From assembly GCF_963921235.1 (NCBI RefSeq), contig NC_086097.1, forward strand, positions 53,260,001-53,324,000: DNA of 64,000 nucleotides, read 5' to 3'. How positions within the stretch are numbered: the first letter of the stretch is position 1; every line of letters begins with the position of its first letter. The notes below the pieces were generated by a model, which saw only the letters and a list, made by a program, of their open reading frames with translations, was not told the DNA's origin and did no database searches. Below, one piece after another: positions 11,471 to 25,046 of the stretch. The position numbers and the translations under genes were made by a program. This DNA comes from Mobula hypostoma. Taxonomy: Eukaryota.

Positions 11471-14400
11471 GCTTGTGCTTACACTGGAATTGCTTGGCAA
11501 GATGTGGAAATATCTGGAGCATATATGTTCAGAATAAGTAGTTTGTTTCCAGGTCTCATATCCGGTATGTATGCACAAGAGTTTCTCGGTATCCCAGAGA
11601 ATGGATCAAATTACTTGAAGACGGGCTTCTGCAATCATAGGAAACTCAGTTGACAATACCGGTTGACAATTTGAGAAGTTTGTAGGAGGGGTCTCAGTGA
11701 ACATGCCTACCGGTGCAAAAGACTAGGCTGAAGCTTTTAGAACCACCTCCAACTGAGAGAGGAGTTGCAGCTGCTAAATTGTAATCCGATATTTACAACT
11801 GAGTGGTAAAAGCACAGAGCTTTCACCAGATGGATTAGTTGGGAAAGTCCACAGCACAGTGTTCCAACTGTTTATTCTGCACGGGAGTGATGTCGTATCA
11901 ACAGGTTGGCACCCCATTAATAATCCAGGTCTGCTGTTCTACATTCTTCATTTACAACAACAATCATATCTTCAATCCAAATATGCAGTGCAAAGAATAT
12001 GCCTGGGAATGAGGTTCCACAAAGTAATAAAACAGAACTCTGCTGTTGTCCATGCTGATTTCCCCATATTCAATAGAGGTCCTTAATGGATACTTCCGTT
12101 GTTCTCTGTATTCCACCCCATCATGTTTTAAGCAAGCTATACAGATAGTTGGACACCCACCTGGCATTCCAAGACACAAAGTGGCATGATGAAGTTTCTA
12201 AGTTAACATTTCTTCAAAGTGCCACTTAAAGTAGACAAGTAATCATGAAACAACACTATTTCCACTAGGACAGAAAAAGCTACATGGACGATTTCAAGCC
12301 TATATGAGAATTTGATGATTAAAAAATAAACAACATTTCTACTGTTGACAAAAGGTAAAGAGCAATTTTAAAAAGGGAGATATTCAGGGAATTTTTTTTG
12401 AGAGTTCCTGAAACACGTAATATTTTGCCAGTAGTGAAAGAGGAGGCAAATTCCTCAACTCTTTGCAGGCAACCTAGATAAACATTTGAAGCAAAGAAAC
12501 TGAGGGCTATTCAAAGTGTTCGACTCATATGAAGGCTTTGACTGACAAAGCTGGAAAAGATACTATGGGACAAATGCACTGCTCTTTTATTGAAGTATCG
12601 TCAATTCTCAGAGTTACCTGTGAGGATTTGTACATTATTGTTCCACATGCTTTTCCACATAAAGTGCTCACGTCATTGTTTTAGGCCATTCCAAATCTCA
12701 GCTTGTAATACTGAACCTTGATTAGAATCTTGTACGTACATTTTTTTGGCTGGGACACAAAAGCAACTGACCTGCTTTTAAATCTATAGAACTGGAGTGG
12801 AAACAACTATTGAGGCCACAGTAGAAAGTGCACTCTTCCTGGGGTAGGGCAGTACAGGAGAAAAGGTGGATTGTGAGGTGATCTACTCCCCTGACCCCTT
12901 GTAGCTTCTGTGTGCTCCCAGTACATCTGAGACAAATTCAATTGGATTACAAATGCTCCGCCTTCTCTTTCAGCGAGCATGAATAGTTTATTTTTTTTAC
13001 AAGGTGGCTTTGAGAATATCCTTGGATCACTCCTCTTCAATTACACACAATCCTTTTCTGTGATAGAGCCCAATATTGAGCACATCAGGTATATGACTGG
13101 CATAGACACAATCCCAGCATAGACAGCTGAAAATATCTGTGTTGAATGCTGCAAATATTGACTCACTTCAAGTGAATTTAAAGGATTTGACTTTGGTAGA
13201 CTCTTTCAATGTACTGAGGAGCCAGAGTTAAGCAGTCCAGGTTCTAGAGCATATTGGAGGGCAGGGACCACAGCTACCCAGTACATTACAAGCTTTGTGC
13301 CAAGTCTAAAAGCATTCATCATCAAAAAAAAAATCCTTTTTCATCTAAAATGACTAACGGGCGTCCTGGTGCATTGCAAGCATGCTAAAATAAGCTGTTC
13401 ACATTTTTTTTTGTCTTCTCATGAAGATTTCTTGTTAAAGGGCAATACTGTAAAACTCATCCTCTCATTTGCTTCCAGTGAACAAGTCAACAATGGTCTG
13501 GAGCAGCACGCATTCTTCTGTGCTGTCAAGACCTTTTACGACCCAGACAACCAACTTCCACTCAACTGAATGTCAAGAACATAGATGAACTTATCAAGGG
13601 CAGAGAAGTAGTCAGTGGCAACTGAAAAAGCACTTTGAAGAAATCCTCCATAACATCTCAATCCTTGGTGCAACTGCGCTTGACTCCATCCTCTGCAGCA
13701 GCCTATACAGTGTAATTGCACAAAGACTCTTGACCAACAAGGCCATTCCCCAACAAAAAGTAATCAGGCCTTACTAGAAGACTGTGTCCCTGCAATTTAT
13801 CTACTTAATGTGCACCAGAGCAAGTCCTTCTGCATTCCTGGCAAACACACAAATTATTTTCAGTTCCTGGGATTAGAAAACCAAAGGATAGGAAGTTCCT
13901 CTACATGTTTCAAACCTTTGATTTATACAATCTTTTGTCTTATTCTAAGCTCCCTGATGCTTTTGCTCACTTTGCAGTTTTTTTTCTACATAAACTTAAA
14001 GTACAAATTAACCCTACATTGTATGGATTTCTCCAACAGGGCACATTTGTGGACATTTACAGATGACCCAGAGATTGTAATTAGAGACTTAGGTCACAAC
14101 TTCAAAGGTAAACTATGCAGCTAAAATAAAGTGAAACTCTCAAAAGTAACAGTGAGCAGATGAATCACTGCAGCAAAATCACAATGAATTTTCACTGTTG
14201 AAAGTAAACTGCAACAGTAGAAGGGAAAGAAGGCAATTCATTTGGCATCTGTACTCCTCTGGGGCTTGAATATCAGATGGGTTCATTTTGCTATCCAGTG
14301 ACTTACAAGAAAATAATATGCAGGAATTTGGTGAAGTCCACATCTCCATTTTTTCCCCCCATCAGGACAAAAGAGAAAATCAGCTGTACAAAGGAAGTTT

Positions 14401-15664
14401 AAAAACTAATTATGACCATGCTTTCTAAACAACTGCATTTGGAGATTTAAATGATCTATATTCTAAAATTGTGCTTCTGGAAGAGTTCTTGGTTTTTCCT
14501 TTTTCCTTGGTGACACCTTTGAAACTTCATATTTAAGTTCAATTACAATCTCCATGCTTAATAGCAAGGCATACCTGACAGAGTGGCTTACCTAGTGTAG
14601 TCATACTGACTATTTAATGGTTCAGAAGCTTATCGAAAACAATTTACTGTTTGACCAGAGGAAGTAAACATAAATTTCACCTGCACTTTAAAAATTTTCT
14701 CACAAGGTACAACGAAAGTGATGATTAGAAGAATATTTTCATTAAAGTGTTGTTTGAAAATGTGTAGCACAAAAAAAATCACTACTTTTGTTCTATACAA
14801 TTTATTAAATTCCAAAATGCTGTCAACAGAAATCACAACCACAGGTGTTCTTATTATTGCATAATTTTAGATCATTAATAATATTATGTTATATAATGTT
14901 AGTAATTAGTAATATTAGCAGTAGTATTACGTTATAATAAAAATGCAATTAAAACTTTAAACAAATAGAAAGCAAGACTCAACATGACTGAGATACTGCC
15001 TTAATTCTGTTTTGCTGGCTAAGTGCACCTGGACATTTTCAGTGCTTGAAGAACATATTATGAATCAAAGACAAACTGCTTAAACAGAAAAGAAAAGCAA
15101 CAAACAAATGCCCAGAGCAGGATCTTGCAAGCTGTTTTCACCAGTTACTGTTCACAGTCAATGAGTCAATCACAGGATGACTAGTAGTTAACGCTCAGCA
15201 AGCTGGTAGGGCATTTCATCATAGCAGCCTTAGCTCCATTTTTACTGAAAACACAGTTAGCTCCCCTTGTAAAGCTAGAGTTTGGGATGGGAGAGGTTGG
15301 AGGTGAATAATCTGGAGATAGCTGAAAAAGAAATCTAAGCTGTTTCCCCAGAAGAGCCACTGACAGATGTGCTATAATGCTCTGGATGGGAGCTGTAAAT
15401 ATATAGAAACACTGTTCATCCATTGCACATATTTTTAACCTTCCCTTGGGTACCGACAATTGTACCTAGATTAATGCTCAATCTGGAAGGTTCCTGGGAA
15501 GTCTGATGGGAGGGAAGTGGAGTGAGCAGGAACTAAATGGATTGATACTAAGCTGACCACAGGGCCATGGACTTGACGGGGCTTCACAATGCAATCCAAA
15601 GCGTGAGGTGGCTTTGTGCCCACTACATGGAATCTGAGACTTAGTCATGTAGTCGGATTTATCC

Positions 15665-15868
15665 AACACAATAACATGCCCTTCAACCCAGAGTTTGTAC
15701 TGACTGACCTTCGAGCAATCATATTACTCTAATTCTACATTAATCCCATGTTATTCTCATTGCTCATCAACTCCTCCCAGAATTTAACCCTCATCTACAC
15801 AGATGCAAAAATTGAATATGGTTCACATGAACTGTGAGGTAGCATGTTCATCAGCCGCACTACTGTGA
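15665..15868 (-). mobile_element. Degenerate tRNA-derived SINE remnant
   Basis: Minus strand begins cacagtagtgcggctgatgaacatgctacctcacag (tRNA-like head) and ends with a ttgaagggcatgtt tail resembling the SINE at 58084-58160. Confidence 0.35.
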
Positions 15869-16104
15869 TCAGAGAAAGCTCCCCCAAATGTATTAGATTT
15901 AACCAAGAGGAAACTACATTATATGCAATATAAAATTACACGCAGGCCATCAAATAATGGGAGAAAAGATGATATGCAAGAGGAAGCAATAAAGATGAGA
16001 TGCTTAAAATTAAATTTTTTTAAAAAAGTAAATATTCAGTAATAATTAAAGTACAAAAAAATTGTCATTATCAATCCCAAAGAGTAGTAAGACATCAGAG
16101 TTAA

Positions 16105-16610
16105 AACTTGATCCACTTGAATGGCCTTTCCTTGAGCATTGTGAACAGTTTTGGGCTCCTCAGCCAAGAAAAGATGTGGTGGCATTGGAGAGGGTTCAGA
16201 GGAGGCTCACACGGATGATTCCAAGAATGAAATGGTTTTCATATGAGGAATGTTTGATGGCTCTGGGTCTGTACTTGCTGTAGTTTAGAAGGATGGGGGG
16301 TGGTGGGGGGGGATCTCATTGAAACCTTTCCAATGTTGAAAGCCCTAGACAGAGTAGATGTGGAAAGGATGTTTCCCGTGGTGGGGGAGTGCAGGACAAG
16401 AGGGCACTGCCGCAGGATAGAGTGGCATCCATTTAAAACAGAGATGCAGAGAAATTTCTTTAGCCAAAGTGTGGTGAATTTGTGGAATTTGTTACCACAG
16501 GCTTCTGTGGAGGCCAGGTTGTTGGGTGTACTTAAGGCAGAGCTTGACTGGCTCTCGATGGGACACAGCATCAAAGGTGTCGGGAGAAAGCCAGGGAGTG
16601 GGGCTCCAGG
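16105..16610 (+). mobile_element. CR1 LINE 3' fragment
   Basis: LEHCEQFWAP..KDVVALERVQRRLTRMIP, GDLIETF, FFSQSVVNLWNLLP. Confidence 0.88.
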
Positions 16611-17431
16611 GTCTACGGTCTGGACCAGGGTTTCTCAACCAGGGCTCTGCGAGAGGTTCCACCAGAGATCGTGATTTAAAAAATAAACATCGCTTTCTGA
16701 CGGCACAACTCGCGATGCTAGCGCTTGCAGTGGTGGGCAGTGACCGAGCAACCCCATTTGCAATCTCAGCCCAGATGGCAGCGCGCAGGAGGACCATGTT
16801 TGTTTGGTTGAGTCTATTCTCAGTTTTTGATGCGAGATAGGGGAGGCTGTAAGTAATTGGCGAGCACTGTATTGCACAGAGGGGAGGACGGTAGGCTGAT
16901 GCGTAGCATGAAGTGCATTTTCCGAGCATTGAATGGTCCTCGCGTTTTACGGGCACCTCAGACATGTGGCCATGTTTGAATTACAATCATCTGAGTCATT
17001 TCACTGTACTACGCCAACAACAGACACACAAAAAAAATCTGTCTTTACAATGAATGCTTCTTATAAATGGGTTTTACAAGGACTGGTGATCCAAGTTGTC
17101 CTATTCCATTATGCCTAGTCTGTGGCAAACAACTTACAAATGCAGCAATGGTTCCAGCAACACTGAAAGAACACAACTTCAAATCACAGCCATATGACAC
17201 GTAGTTATTTTAAACAGCTATTAGAATATCAAAACAATCCATAAAGCTTTTGGTAATAAAGCCACAGTCAGTAAACCCCAGACGCACATTACTTAGCAGC
17301 AGAACTCATTATCCAGAAAAGGAAAAGTCACACAGTTGGTGAGAACCTAGTGATGCCAGCCTGTAAAATTATAGTGCGTAAAATGCTAGGACAAGATGCA
17401 GTACGAGAAATTGAAAAGGTTTCATGCTCAA

Positions 17432-18421
17432 TGACGACGACAGCCGGTTCTTCACTTGCGAAGATGAGGAGGAAGAAGAGTCCACAGGAGCGACAGCAGG
17501 ATCGTTGGTGACTGCAGAGGCCAATTCTGGATCTGCAGACTCTAGAGCAGTAGGGATATGGGAACTACTGGGATGTGGGCCTTTGGATCCTTCCTGTGCC
17601 TCCTCTTCTCTTCAGCAGTTGTTCTTCTGCCACGGATCAGGGGTTCTCCAGCGATCTCTGTCACAAGCCAGCTGCTGCCACTCGTTGACCTGAGAGAGCT
17701 GCTGCTCAAGTTGGTTTTTGTACCACTTGTGCAGGGCACCATGGTCTCTCTTGCCCTGGTAAGAGTTCTGGTTTCAGTAACCTGGAGCTGACCGTGTGAG
17801 ACACATAACCTGGCCAGTAGAGCTGCCGGAGCAGAAAAATGGCTTCAATGCTTGGAAGTTGAGCCTTCTTCCAGGACATCGTTGTAGAGGACATGATCCT
17901 ACCAGCTGATACCCACGATGGACCAGAGGCAGCGCTGATGGAGGTGCTCGAGCAACTGGATCTGGTTGTGGTACTAGATCCAGGCTTCGGAGCCTTATAG
18001 CAGTGTTGTGATGGTGGCAGCCCTGTACACCTGGATTTCTGTGGACAGACACAGCTGGTGGTAGTTCCACACATGCTGGAGGCACCCGAAGGCACTGCTA
18101 GCTCTGGCGAGCCGATTGTCAATGTCCCTTACTACCAAAGTGTCATTGGAGATGACACCGCTCAGGCAGGTCAACTGCTTAACCGTGGTGAGAGGGTGAT
18201 TATCAATGGTGATCCAAGGTGGGTTGTAAACGCCACCAGGGGGCTTCTGATGGAGGATCTTTCTCTTCAGACTATCCATTAACCTGAAAGCCCTCGCAGT
18301 CTTCGCAAACTGTGACTGCAGCCTGCAGCATGTCCTCTGGGTACATGAGAAGAACACAGTCGTCCACATATAGTAGCTGGAGAATGGGCTCTTACATGTT
18401 TTTGTTTGGGCAAGAAGGCAG
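17432..18421 (-). mobile_element. RTE (BovB-type) LINE 3' fragment inserted in Charlie
   Basis: DIDNRLARASSAFG..VW..QLCLSTEIQVYRAATITTLL..GSEAW, terminal CSRVCRSRIGLCSH motif and a (GTC)n tail. Flanked by an imperfect TSD tcatgctcaa/ccattctcaa. Confidence 0.85.
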
Positions 18422-19823
18422 CCATTCTCAAACAGTACGATAAGTTGATGTATTGATGACACGTCACATGACACTGAAGAGGTTTTGACAGGTAAACTGA
18501 AAAACAACAGCTTCTCTATCCAGGTGAATGAGTCAACGGATTTCAGCAATATGTAGCATTTGTAAGATTTGTAAATGATGGTGAAATTCAAGAAAACTTT
18601 TTCTGTTGCAACGAACTGCCCGAAACAAGCAAACACCAATATATATTTAATGTTTTATCTTCATATCTGGAAGCAAAAGGCCTGTCTTGGAGGAACTGTG
18701 TTGGCATCTGTACTGATGGTGCCCCATCAATGGTTGGCTCCATGAAAGGTTTCCCTTGTAAAAAAAAAACCCCTGAGGTTGTCACAACACACTGCTTTCT
18801 TCATAGAGAGGTGATGATCTCAAAATCTCTTGGAGATAAAATGAATAAAGTTCTGGGTGATGCTACAAAAATAGTTAACTTTAATAAACAAAGACCTGTT
18901 CACTTAAGAATGTTCAAAAAACTGTGAAAACCTGGACAAGGAGCACACCAATCTTCTGCTACATACTGAAATCCGGTGGCATAGCAGAGGAAGAGTTCTC
19001 AACAGGGTGTTTGAGCTGAAAGATGAATTGCAGGAGTATGTTCAAGAAAATAGAAGGCCAGATTTTGTTGAGTGCTTTGAAGGTGAAGAATGGCTGCAGA
19101 AACTAGCCTACTTAACAGAAATTTTTCATCATATGAACCAGTTGAACGAGTCTCTGCAAGGCCCTGGAGAAACTGCTTTGACTTCAAGTGACAAGATTCT
19201 CAGATTTAAAAGGAAACTGGATCTTTGGAAAAATCATATTGCAAAAAGGAAATTAAAGGAGATTAAAGGAAATCTTGAAATGTTTCCACTACTGCTTGGG
19301 CTTGAGAGTGAGGAAGGATTAGAAAGTCTTGAGTTTTATTGAAAACCACCTGGAAGAACTGCAGAACAAAATTGAACAGCATTTTTCTCCCTTTCAACAC
19401 AAGTATATGACTGGGTGAGGAACCTTCTCTGAATCTTCTGCTCAGCCTCATAACTTGACTTTGAGAGAACAGGAAGAACTTTGTGAGCTGCAGTCTGATC
19501 GTCAGTCAAGATGAGATTTACTGACCTGCCCCTGGACGCTCCAGATTTCTGTGAAAGTAGAGTATCCTGCCATTCATAGGAAAGCAATATACATTTTGCT
19601 GCAGTTTTCAACTTCTTACATGTGTGAGCCAGCTTCTTCTTGTTTAACAAGCATCAAAAGCAAGGATCGCGATAGTCTCATTTCAGTTGAAGGTGAAACC
19701 CATGTGTGTTTATCTCAAGGTTGACCCAGAATTGAGTATTTGTACAGCAAAAAACAAACACAGGTTTCACATGCTAGGTCTATATTTGAGCCTGATCATG
19801 TCACTTAGTAAGAAACTAAGAAA

Positions 19824-19930
19824 CAAAGGTTACGGGGAGAAGGCTGGGAACAGGGGCTAAGGAGGAGACAGAAAAAAAGATCAGCCATGATTGAATGGCG
19901 GAGCAGACTCAATAGGCCAGATGGCCCAAG
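19824..19930 (+). mobile_element. CR1-family 3' UTR fragment
   Basis: aaaggttacggggagaaggc...gatcagccatgattgaatggcggagcagactc, typical of CR1 tails and homologous to the tail at 38250-38360 (minus). Confidence 0.7.
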
Positions 19931-20256
19931 CCTTATGGAAACTGTTCATTCAAAGCCTTATATAAAATTGTGTCTTTGGCTATATTTTTATTCATATTTC
20001 TCTGGCTTATAGTTTTTAGTAACTTTACAATTCAATATTGTCACTAAATTTTCATGTTGTAAATAGCATTCATTAAAATCAATTTACAACCTCTATTTAA
20101 ATAAAATCTACCAAGCCTACCTCCAGAAAAAATAAATTCCATTTTGGTTTATGCCAGTTATTTAACAGAAATTTGTTATGGATGCCTTATGAGTTTTAAA
20201 AATTTATGAAAGGAAAAGAAAGATGAATTTCAAGAAAGGTAAGCTAAGCTTAACTA

Positions 20257-20444
20257 CGCAAACACGAGGAAATCTGCAGATGCTGGAATTTCGGATCTCC
20301 CCCTCCCCCTCCACTTTCACATCTCTTACTATCTCTTCTTTCAGTTAGTCCTGATGAAGGGTCTCGGCACGAAACGTCGACTGTACCTCTTCCTATAGAT
20401 GCTGCCTGGCCTGCTGCGTTCACCAGCAATTTTTAATGTGTGTT
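20257..20444 (+). mobile_element. Short PLE insertion with inverted 3'-terminal piece
   Basis: TSD gctaagcttaacta (20243-20256 and 20445-20458). 20257-20292 is the reverse complement of the PLE extreme 3' end; the remainder is forward UTR with a hammerhead. Confidence 0.88.
20347..20382 (+). ncRNA. Minimal hammerhead ribozyme, core intact, one stem II mismatch
   Basis: AGTC CTGATGA AGGG tctcgg CAC GAAACGTC GACT. Confidence 0.78.
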
Positions 20445-20929
20445 GCTAAGCTTAACTATCTGTTTTTTTCCCCCCAAGAAAGGTTGGCTAAAAATTCATT
20501 CTCTACACAGAAGAGCACTGGCAATTCTACAACTTACTGATCATGCTAACGTATCGGGAGCTATAGATTTAATAATTTTTATGCAGGGGTTCTCTGAGAC
20601 CTGAAAATTATTTCAAGGATTTCTCTAGGGCAAAATGATTGAGAAATCTGGTCTAGACCAATTTCATGATTTTTACATTTAACAGTGTGACCACAGTTGA
20701 CAGAGACTCCTGCCCTATTTATTCAATGAAAGTCAGTATTAATTACCTCACCATTAACCTCGTGGAAAACCTGAGTCACTATGGATGAACTGATCAAGTT
20801 TCTCCAGCAATTCAACTCCAGAAACAACATGATGACGGAGTTTTAAATAAAATGTCAAAATTAGCTGTAAATTGCACCAATTAAAAACAGTCGGACAGAA
20901 TAAAGAGGCAGTGTAATTCTGGTACTCAC

Positions 20930-21163
20930 TGAAAGTCTTGGAAATGTCAGAGACAGCTTTGAAGACTCTGTCCGAGAAATTGACCTTGACCTTCACCATC
21001 TTCATGTTAGGCAGCTGGAGGCGAAGTACCTTGTGCTGGGGTGTGAACATCAGTTTAGCATCAGCTTGCACACCATACTTGTCCAATGTCCAATGGGTTT
21101 TTAGAAGCCAGGTTTTCTTCTTTTCCCACCACAAGGCATGATCTGACCAGTCTTTTTTCACAT
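20930..21163 (-). CDS. FERMT2: Kindlin-2 (fermitin family member 2) internal coding exon, F0/F1 FERM region, 234 nt
   Basis: Translates as (D)[77 protein letters not shown], near-identical to vertebrate kindlin-2 as I recall it. Acceptor ttttgcag| and donor |gtgagt; phase 1-1. Confidence 0.96.
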
Positions 21164-21469
21164 CTGCAAAACAAAGGAGTTTCAAACTTACGCTGATGCA
21201 AGGATTGGCCTAATTTTGCTCCTATGTCCTTTGTCTAATATACAGATTGCCCCTTTTGCTCATTAACATAGGATCCAGCTGCAAGTCAAATGTATGAAGA
21301 ATTCAATCACTAGTCAACTTCTAGGCTTATGCTGTACGCCATCATTCTTCAACTCCAGCAATACCCTTCAAACCTCATCTCCCTTATTAGCTTCCCATTA
21401 AATGTATCCACATTAGTCACCTCTATTACTTATTGTAGTGAGTTCCAAATTTTAACCACTTTTGATTCC

Positions 21470-21970
21470 ACACGGACTTGGACAGGTACAGTCCTTCCCA
21501 CAATTAAGCACATCTAATTGAAGCATTCTCGCAGGAAAGCAGCATCCATCATCAGGGACCCCCACCATCCAGGACATGCTGCCATCAGGAAGGTGGTACA
21601 GGAGCCTCAAAACTCACACCAACTGTTTCCGGAACAGTTATTACCCCTCAACCATCAAGCTCTTGAAACAAGGAGGATAACCACCCGATCATTGAAATGT
21701 TCCCACAACTTGTGGACTGGCTTTCAAGGATTCATATCATGCTCTCGATAGTTCTTGCTTATTTATTTATTATTTCCGTCTTTTTGTACTTGCACAGTTT
21801 ATTTGCTTATGCACACTGGTTGAACACCCAAGTCAGTAGTGTCTTTCATTGATTCTATTATAGTTATTATTCTATCATGGACTTATTGAGTATGCCCACA
21901 AGAAAATGAAGCCCACGGTTGTATATGGTGACATTTATTATCGAAGTTCACATTCTTACTTTGAACTTTT
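21470..21970 (+). mobile_element. Rex1/Babar LINE 3' fragment
   Basis: LPTIKHI..RKAASIIRDPHHPGHA, matching the C-terminus of 43690-46666. Confidence 0.78.
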
Positions 21971-23026
21971 AAAGTGACAATATACTTAATGGCCCTCGTT
22001 TGACTCTGCACAAATGGAATCACCTTAATTGGTCCTGAATCCCATTAGGTCTTCATTCTGGACAACTGACTTACAGGATGTTTATTCTCAGCTGATTGCT
22101 GAACACCATCGCTCAAGAGAGTTTACATGCTTAAAATAGTTGGCAAATCCTATAACCTTCTAGCCGTGGAGACCTGAACTATACTGCAAGTGTGATCTCA
22201 AAAGTTCGATACTCCATTACGATATCCCCAAGAGATTTTATAAATGGCTAAAAAACAACCTTGACATTTATTTGCAATATCTATTTTTCATTTGCATCAA
22301 ACCACACCACCAACTTCCTCAACTTCTCAACACGGAGGTTTGTGCTTTCCTAGATTTTGATACCAAAATATATGACCCCAGTTTTCTATATTAAAATTTA
22401 TTCCCCAAAACACCCACTCTACAAGTCTCCCATGCCTACCCAGTTTTGCCCTAATTCTCTACATTAGGCACCTCCTCTGCTCAATTTGAAACCAACTGTT
22501 AAATCTAACTTTAAGTTCCCAGATCACCTGTTTGAATGGAAAAACCACCAGCCACTACAAGGGGTTTTCTTTGAAATGCAGCCATTGACATTTAAGAGGT
22601 CCATATGGAAACCACTCATTTTCTAAAAAAAACTTTCTTAGTGTCCATAAAAGAGGAAAATCAGGGCAGTGGAAAGAGTGGTTACAAGTTTTTCCAGAGC
22701 TTGAAAATTAACGATGCACAAGTTGCATTCAACTACATGGATACGAATTGGCACAGTTCAATGGTTTCAAACAGTCTTGCGTACTTCTGGAATTTCATCT
22801 ATGCCTCAACGTGCATTTTTGCACATGTTGTGCTCTCAGCAGGCAACTGGGTCAACCAGAGAAAACAGATGCAGTCACTGCTTCCTGAGTAATAATATTC
22901 CAAAACATTGTTTTGTGACTATTCAGAGGGGCGTAATGCAGAACCCCCAATAAAATGTAGCTGGAACCAAAGAGGAAAAGTATGTTCAATAAATATTATA
23001 CCTACATTCATTTACCTAATATAACA

Positions 23027-23840
23027 CACTGGATTCCTGTAAATTAGAAAACATCAGAACCAGTACATTTTGACCCAATTAAGCAGCTGCCCCAGTTAGC
23101 CAAACTTACATGGAAATAGTTAAAAATTAATATAAAAAAAACAAGCTACCATTTAAATGAGCAGCAAATTATGTATTTGCATGAAATACAGAACAAATTA
23201 GAACATTACTAACAGTACTATAGTACTATAAAACTGTGCATTAGTTCCAAATGGTTATTGAAAATGAACTTATTCAATGTACCCAATGAACAAAATTACG
23301 ACAGGCACTTAGTGCAGATAATGGACTGTCTTCATATAGTTCTATAGACGATTGCATCCCCCAAATCTTTATTTCCATTTTAACATCCAAGATAATTGTC
23401 AATATCTTCAAATTCTGCGTAGTTCCTAACTTGTTGAAGTAGTGAAATCGTTTCATATTCACTCCCAGGCTGAATGCTTGAAAGCACAGTGAGCAAAACA
23501 GTTCTGAATAGTTTTATTGCTTACTTCTCGCCAACTAGGAATGACAAACGTCACTGCTTTTTGAACACAACACATGCATCTGATGCTATTTAAAAACTGT
23601 TCACTCTAAGCATGGTGTAGCGTTTAATAGCCACACAAGTGCACCTGGTGGACGCAAGTTAGAACCTGTTCAGCCACAGTCTCCTGCCCCAATTACAAAG
23701 TTTGTAAGTGGCACAGTGTCCCAAATAAACAAAGGGAATCACGACTATTTTAATCGATTAGTTTTTGTTCTTTAAGAATGCTACAAAAAAAAAAGCAGCT
23801 GCCCTGACTAACCAATGGCCCAATTAACTGGAATCCATTA
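23027..23840. mobile_element. MITE-like DNA transposon, copy 2 of the 4951-5751 family
   Basis: cactggattcc...caattaactggaatccatta termini and colinear internal homology. Confidence 0.75.
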
Positions 23841-24144
23841 TACTGCAATTTTTATATCAAAGTATAGAACACAGCTACAATGAACTGATTCATTCTGGAT
23901 TACAGCTGATTCTTTAATCTTCATTCTCTACCTGTAACACTAATGGTCACATTAAAAATCCTGCATTATGCCTGTCAACTTGGGTATCTAAATTGCTTCA
24001 CATTGTGGTCATTTATGACATTTGTGTCAGCATTAAAAATATCGCAGATAAAAAAGTTACGCAAGCATTAGCTGCCGTGATGGAATTATAAGTACTTGTT
24101 ACCAGGTGAAATTAAGCAACAATTTGGAGTTTTGAGATTCCTCA

Positions 24145-24400
24145 ATGTTCAAAGATTCAAAGTACATTCTTTATCAAAGTATGCATTCAACCCTGAGATT
24201 TGTCTTCCCACAGACAGCCACAAAACAAAAGCACTATGGAACCCATTCAAAGAAAACATTAAACACCGAAAGCACAAAGAAAGAACAATTCACGCAAACG
24301 GCAAAAAATGAGCGGAAGACACAGAATATAAAACATCAAACCACATGAGAAATTGAAACAGTCTAGGAATGTTCAGTTCAGTTCAATTTAGCACTGTTGT
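24145..24400 (-). mobile_element. Retroposon tail, same family as 3880-4612
   Basis: ttcaaagtacattctttatcaaagtatgcattcaaccctgagatt is the reverse complement of ~4550-4605. Confidence 0.65.
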
Positions 24401-25046
24401 TAGCATATTTGGAAGCAAAATTCATTACTGTTTTTAAGGTTATTTAAAAATATTTGGCTCGTTATGAGCACTTCCAGTCAGCTGCTGGCCCTTTATGCCG
24501 TGACTTTCCTCCCCTGTTCTAACGTATGCCATTCTATTATCTGCAGTCGTTTAAAGGCCAAAATGCCTTGTTCAACATTTGAAATGTTCAACGAGACTGC
24601 TACTTATTCAGCTATCCACTGACAAACTGAAAGTAGTACACGTTTTAGTGAATTTGCCTTATACGCGCTTAGAACATTCAAAATAAATCCCAAAACAAAA
24701 TGCAAAACCGAACCTTACAAGGAGTTTCCTCTGTCAACACCTGTGTACCAGATGCGTTAAGTACGCGGTAAATGCACCTTGCTGTGCACACATTGCTCTA
24801 TAGTATCATTACCATGGAAATGGAAGCATGTGTGAAACAGAACGTTAACAGCACTTTTTTCACACTGCCACCACATTTCTCCAAAAGGCAAAAAAAAAAG
24901 GAATGGCATATGAGGTAGTGAAGACAAGAAATCGGGGTCTGGGCAACATCTGAGAACAGGGAAAGAGCATTGCAGTGTTCCAGAGGGCAGGGGCGAGTCA
25001 CCTACAAGAATACCAGATAAAAGTGCCACAAGGTTGCTGCAGCATA

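Larger units (their letters stand above)
16626..20650 (+). mobile_element. hAT Charlie/Buster (ZBED5-like) transposon with decayed transposase; hosts three nested insertions
   Basis: TIR cagggtttctcaacc / tgattgagaaatctg and 8-bp TSD gtctggac/gtctagac. Transposase pieces: PLCLVCGKQLTNAAMVP, FSIQVNESTD, CVGICTDGAPSMVG, THCFLHRE, LLLHTEIRWHSRG, WLQKLAYLTEIF. Confidence 0.92.

Noticed and set aside
15100..15420. AP-1 (tgagtca), E-box and forkhead-like motifs in unique intronic DNA
   Set aside because: Short motifs are expected by chance, and no conservation or chromatin data are available.
17424..17693. Acidic ORF (EDEEEEES) looking like a host exon
   Set aside because: It is the antisense reading of the RTE 3' end.
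20754..21185. 143-aa ORF as a standalone gene
   Set aside because: Kindlin similarity is confined to the splice-bounded 20930-21163; the rest is intron read-through.
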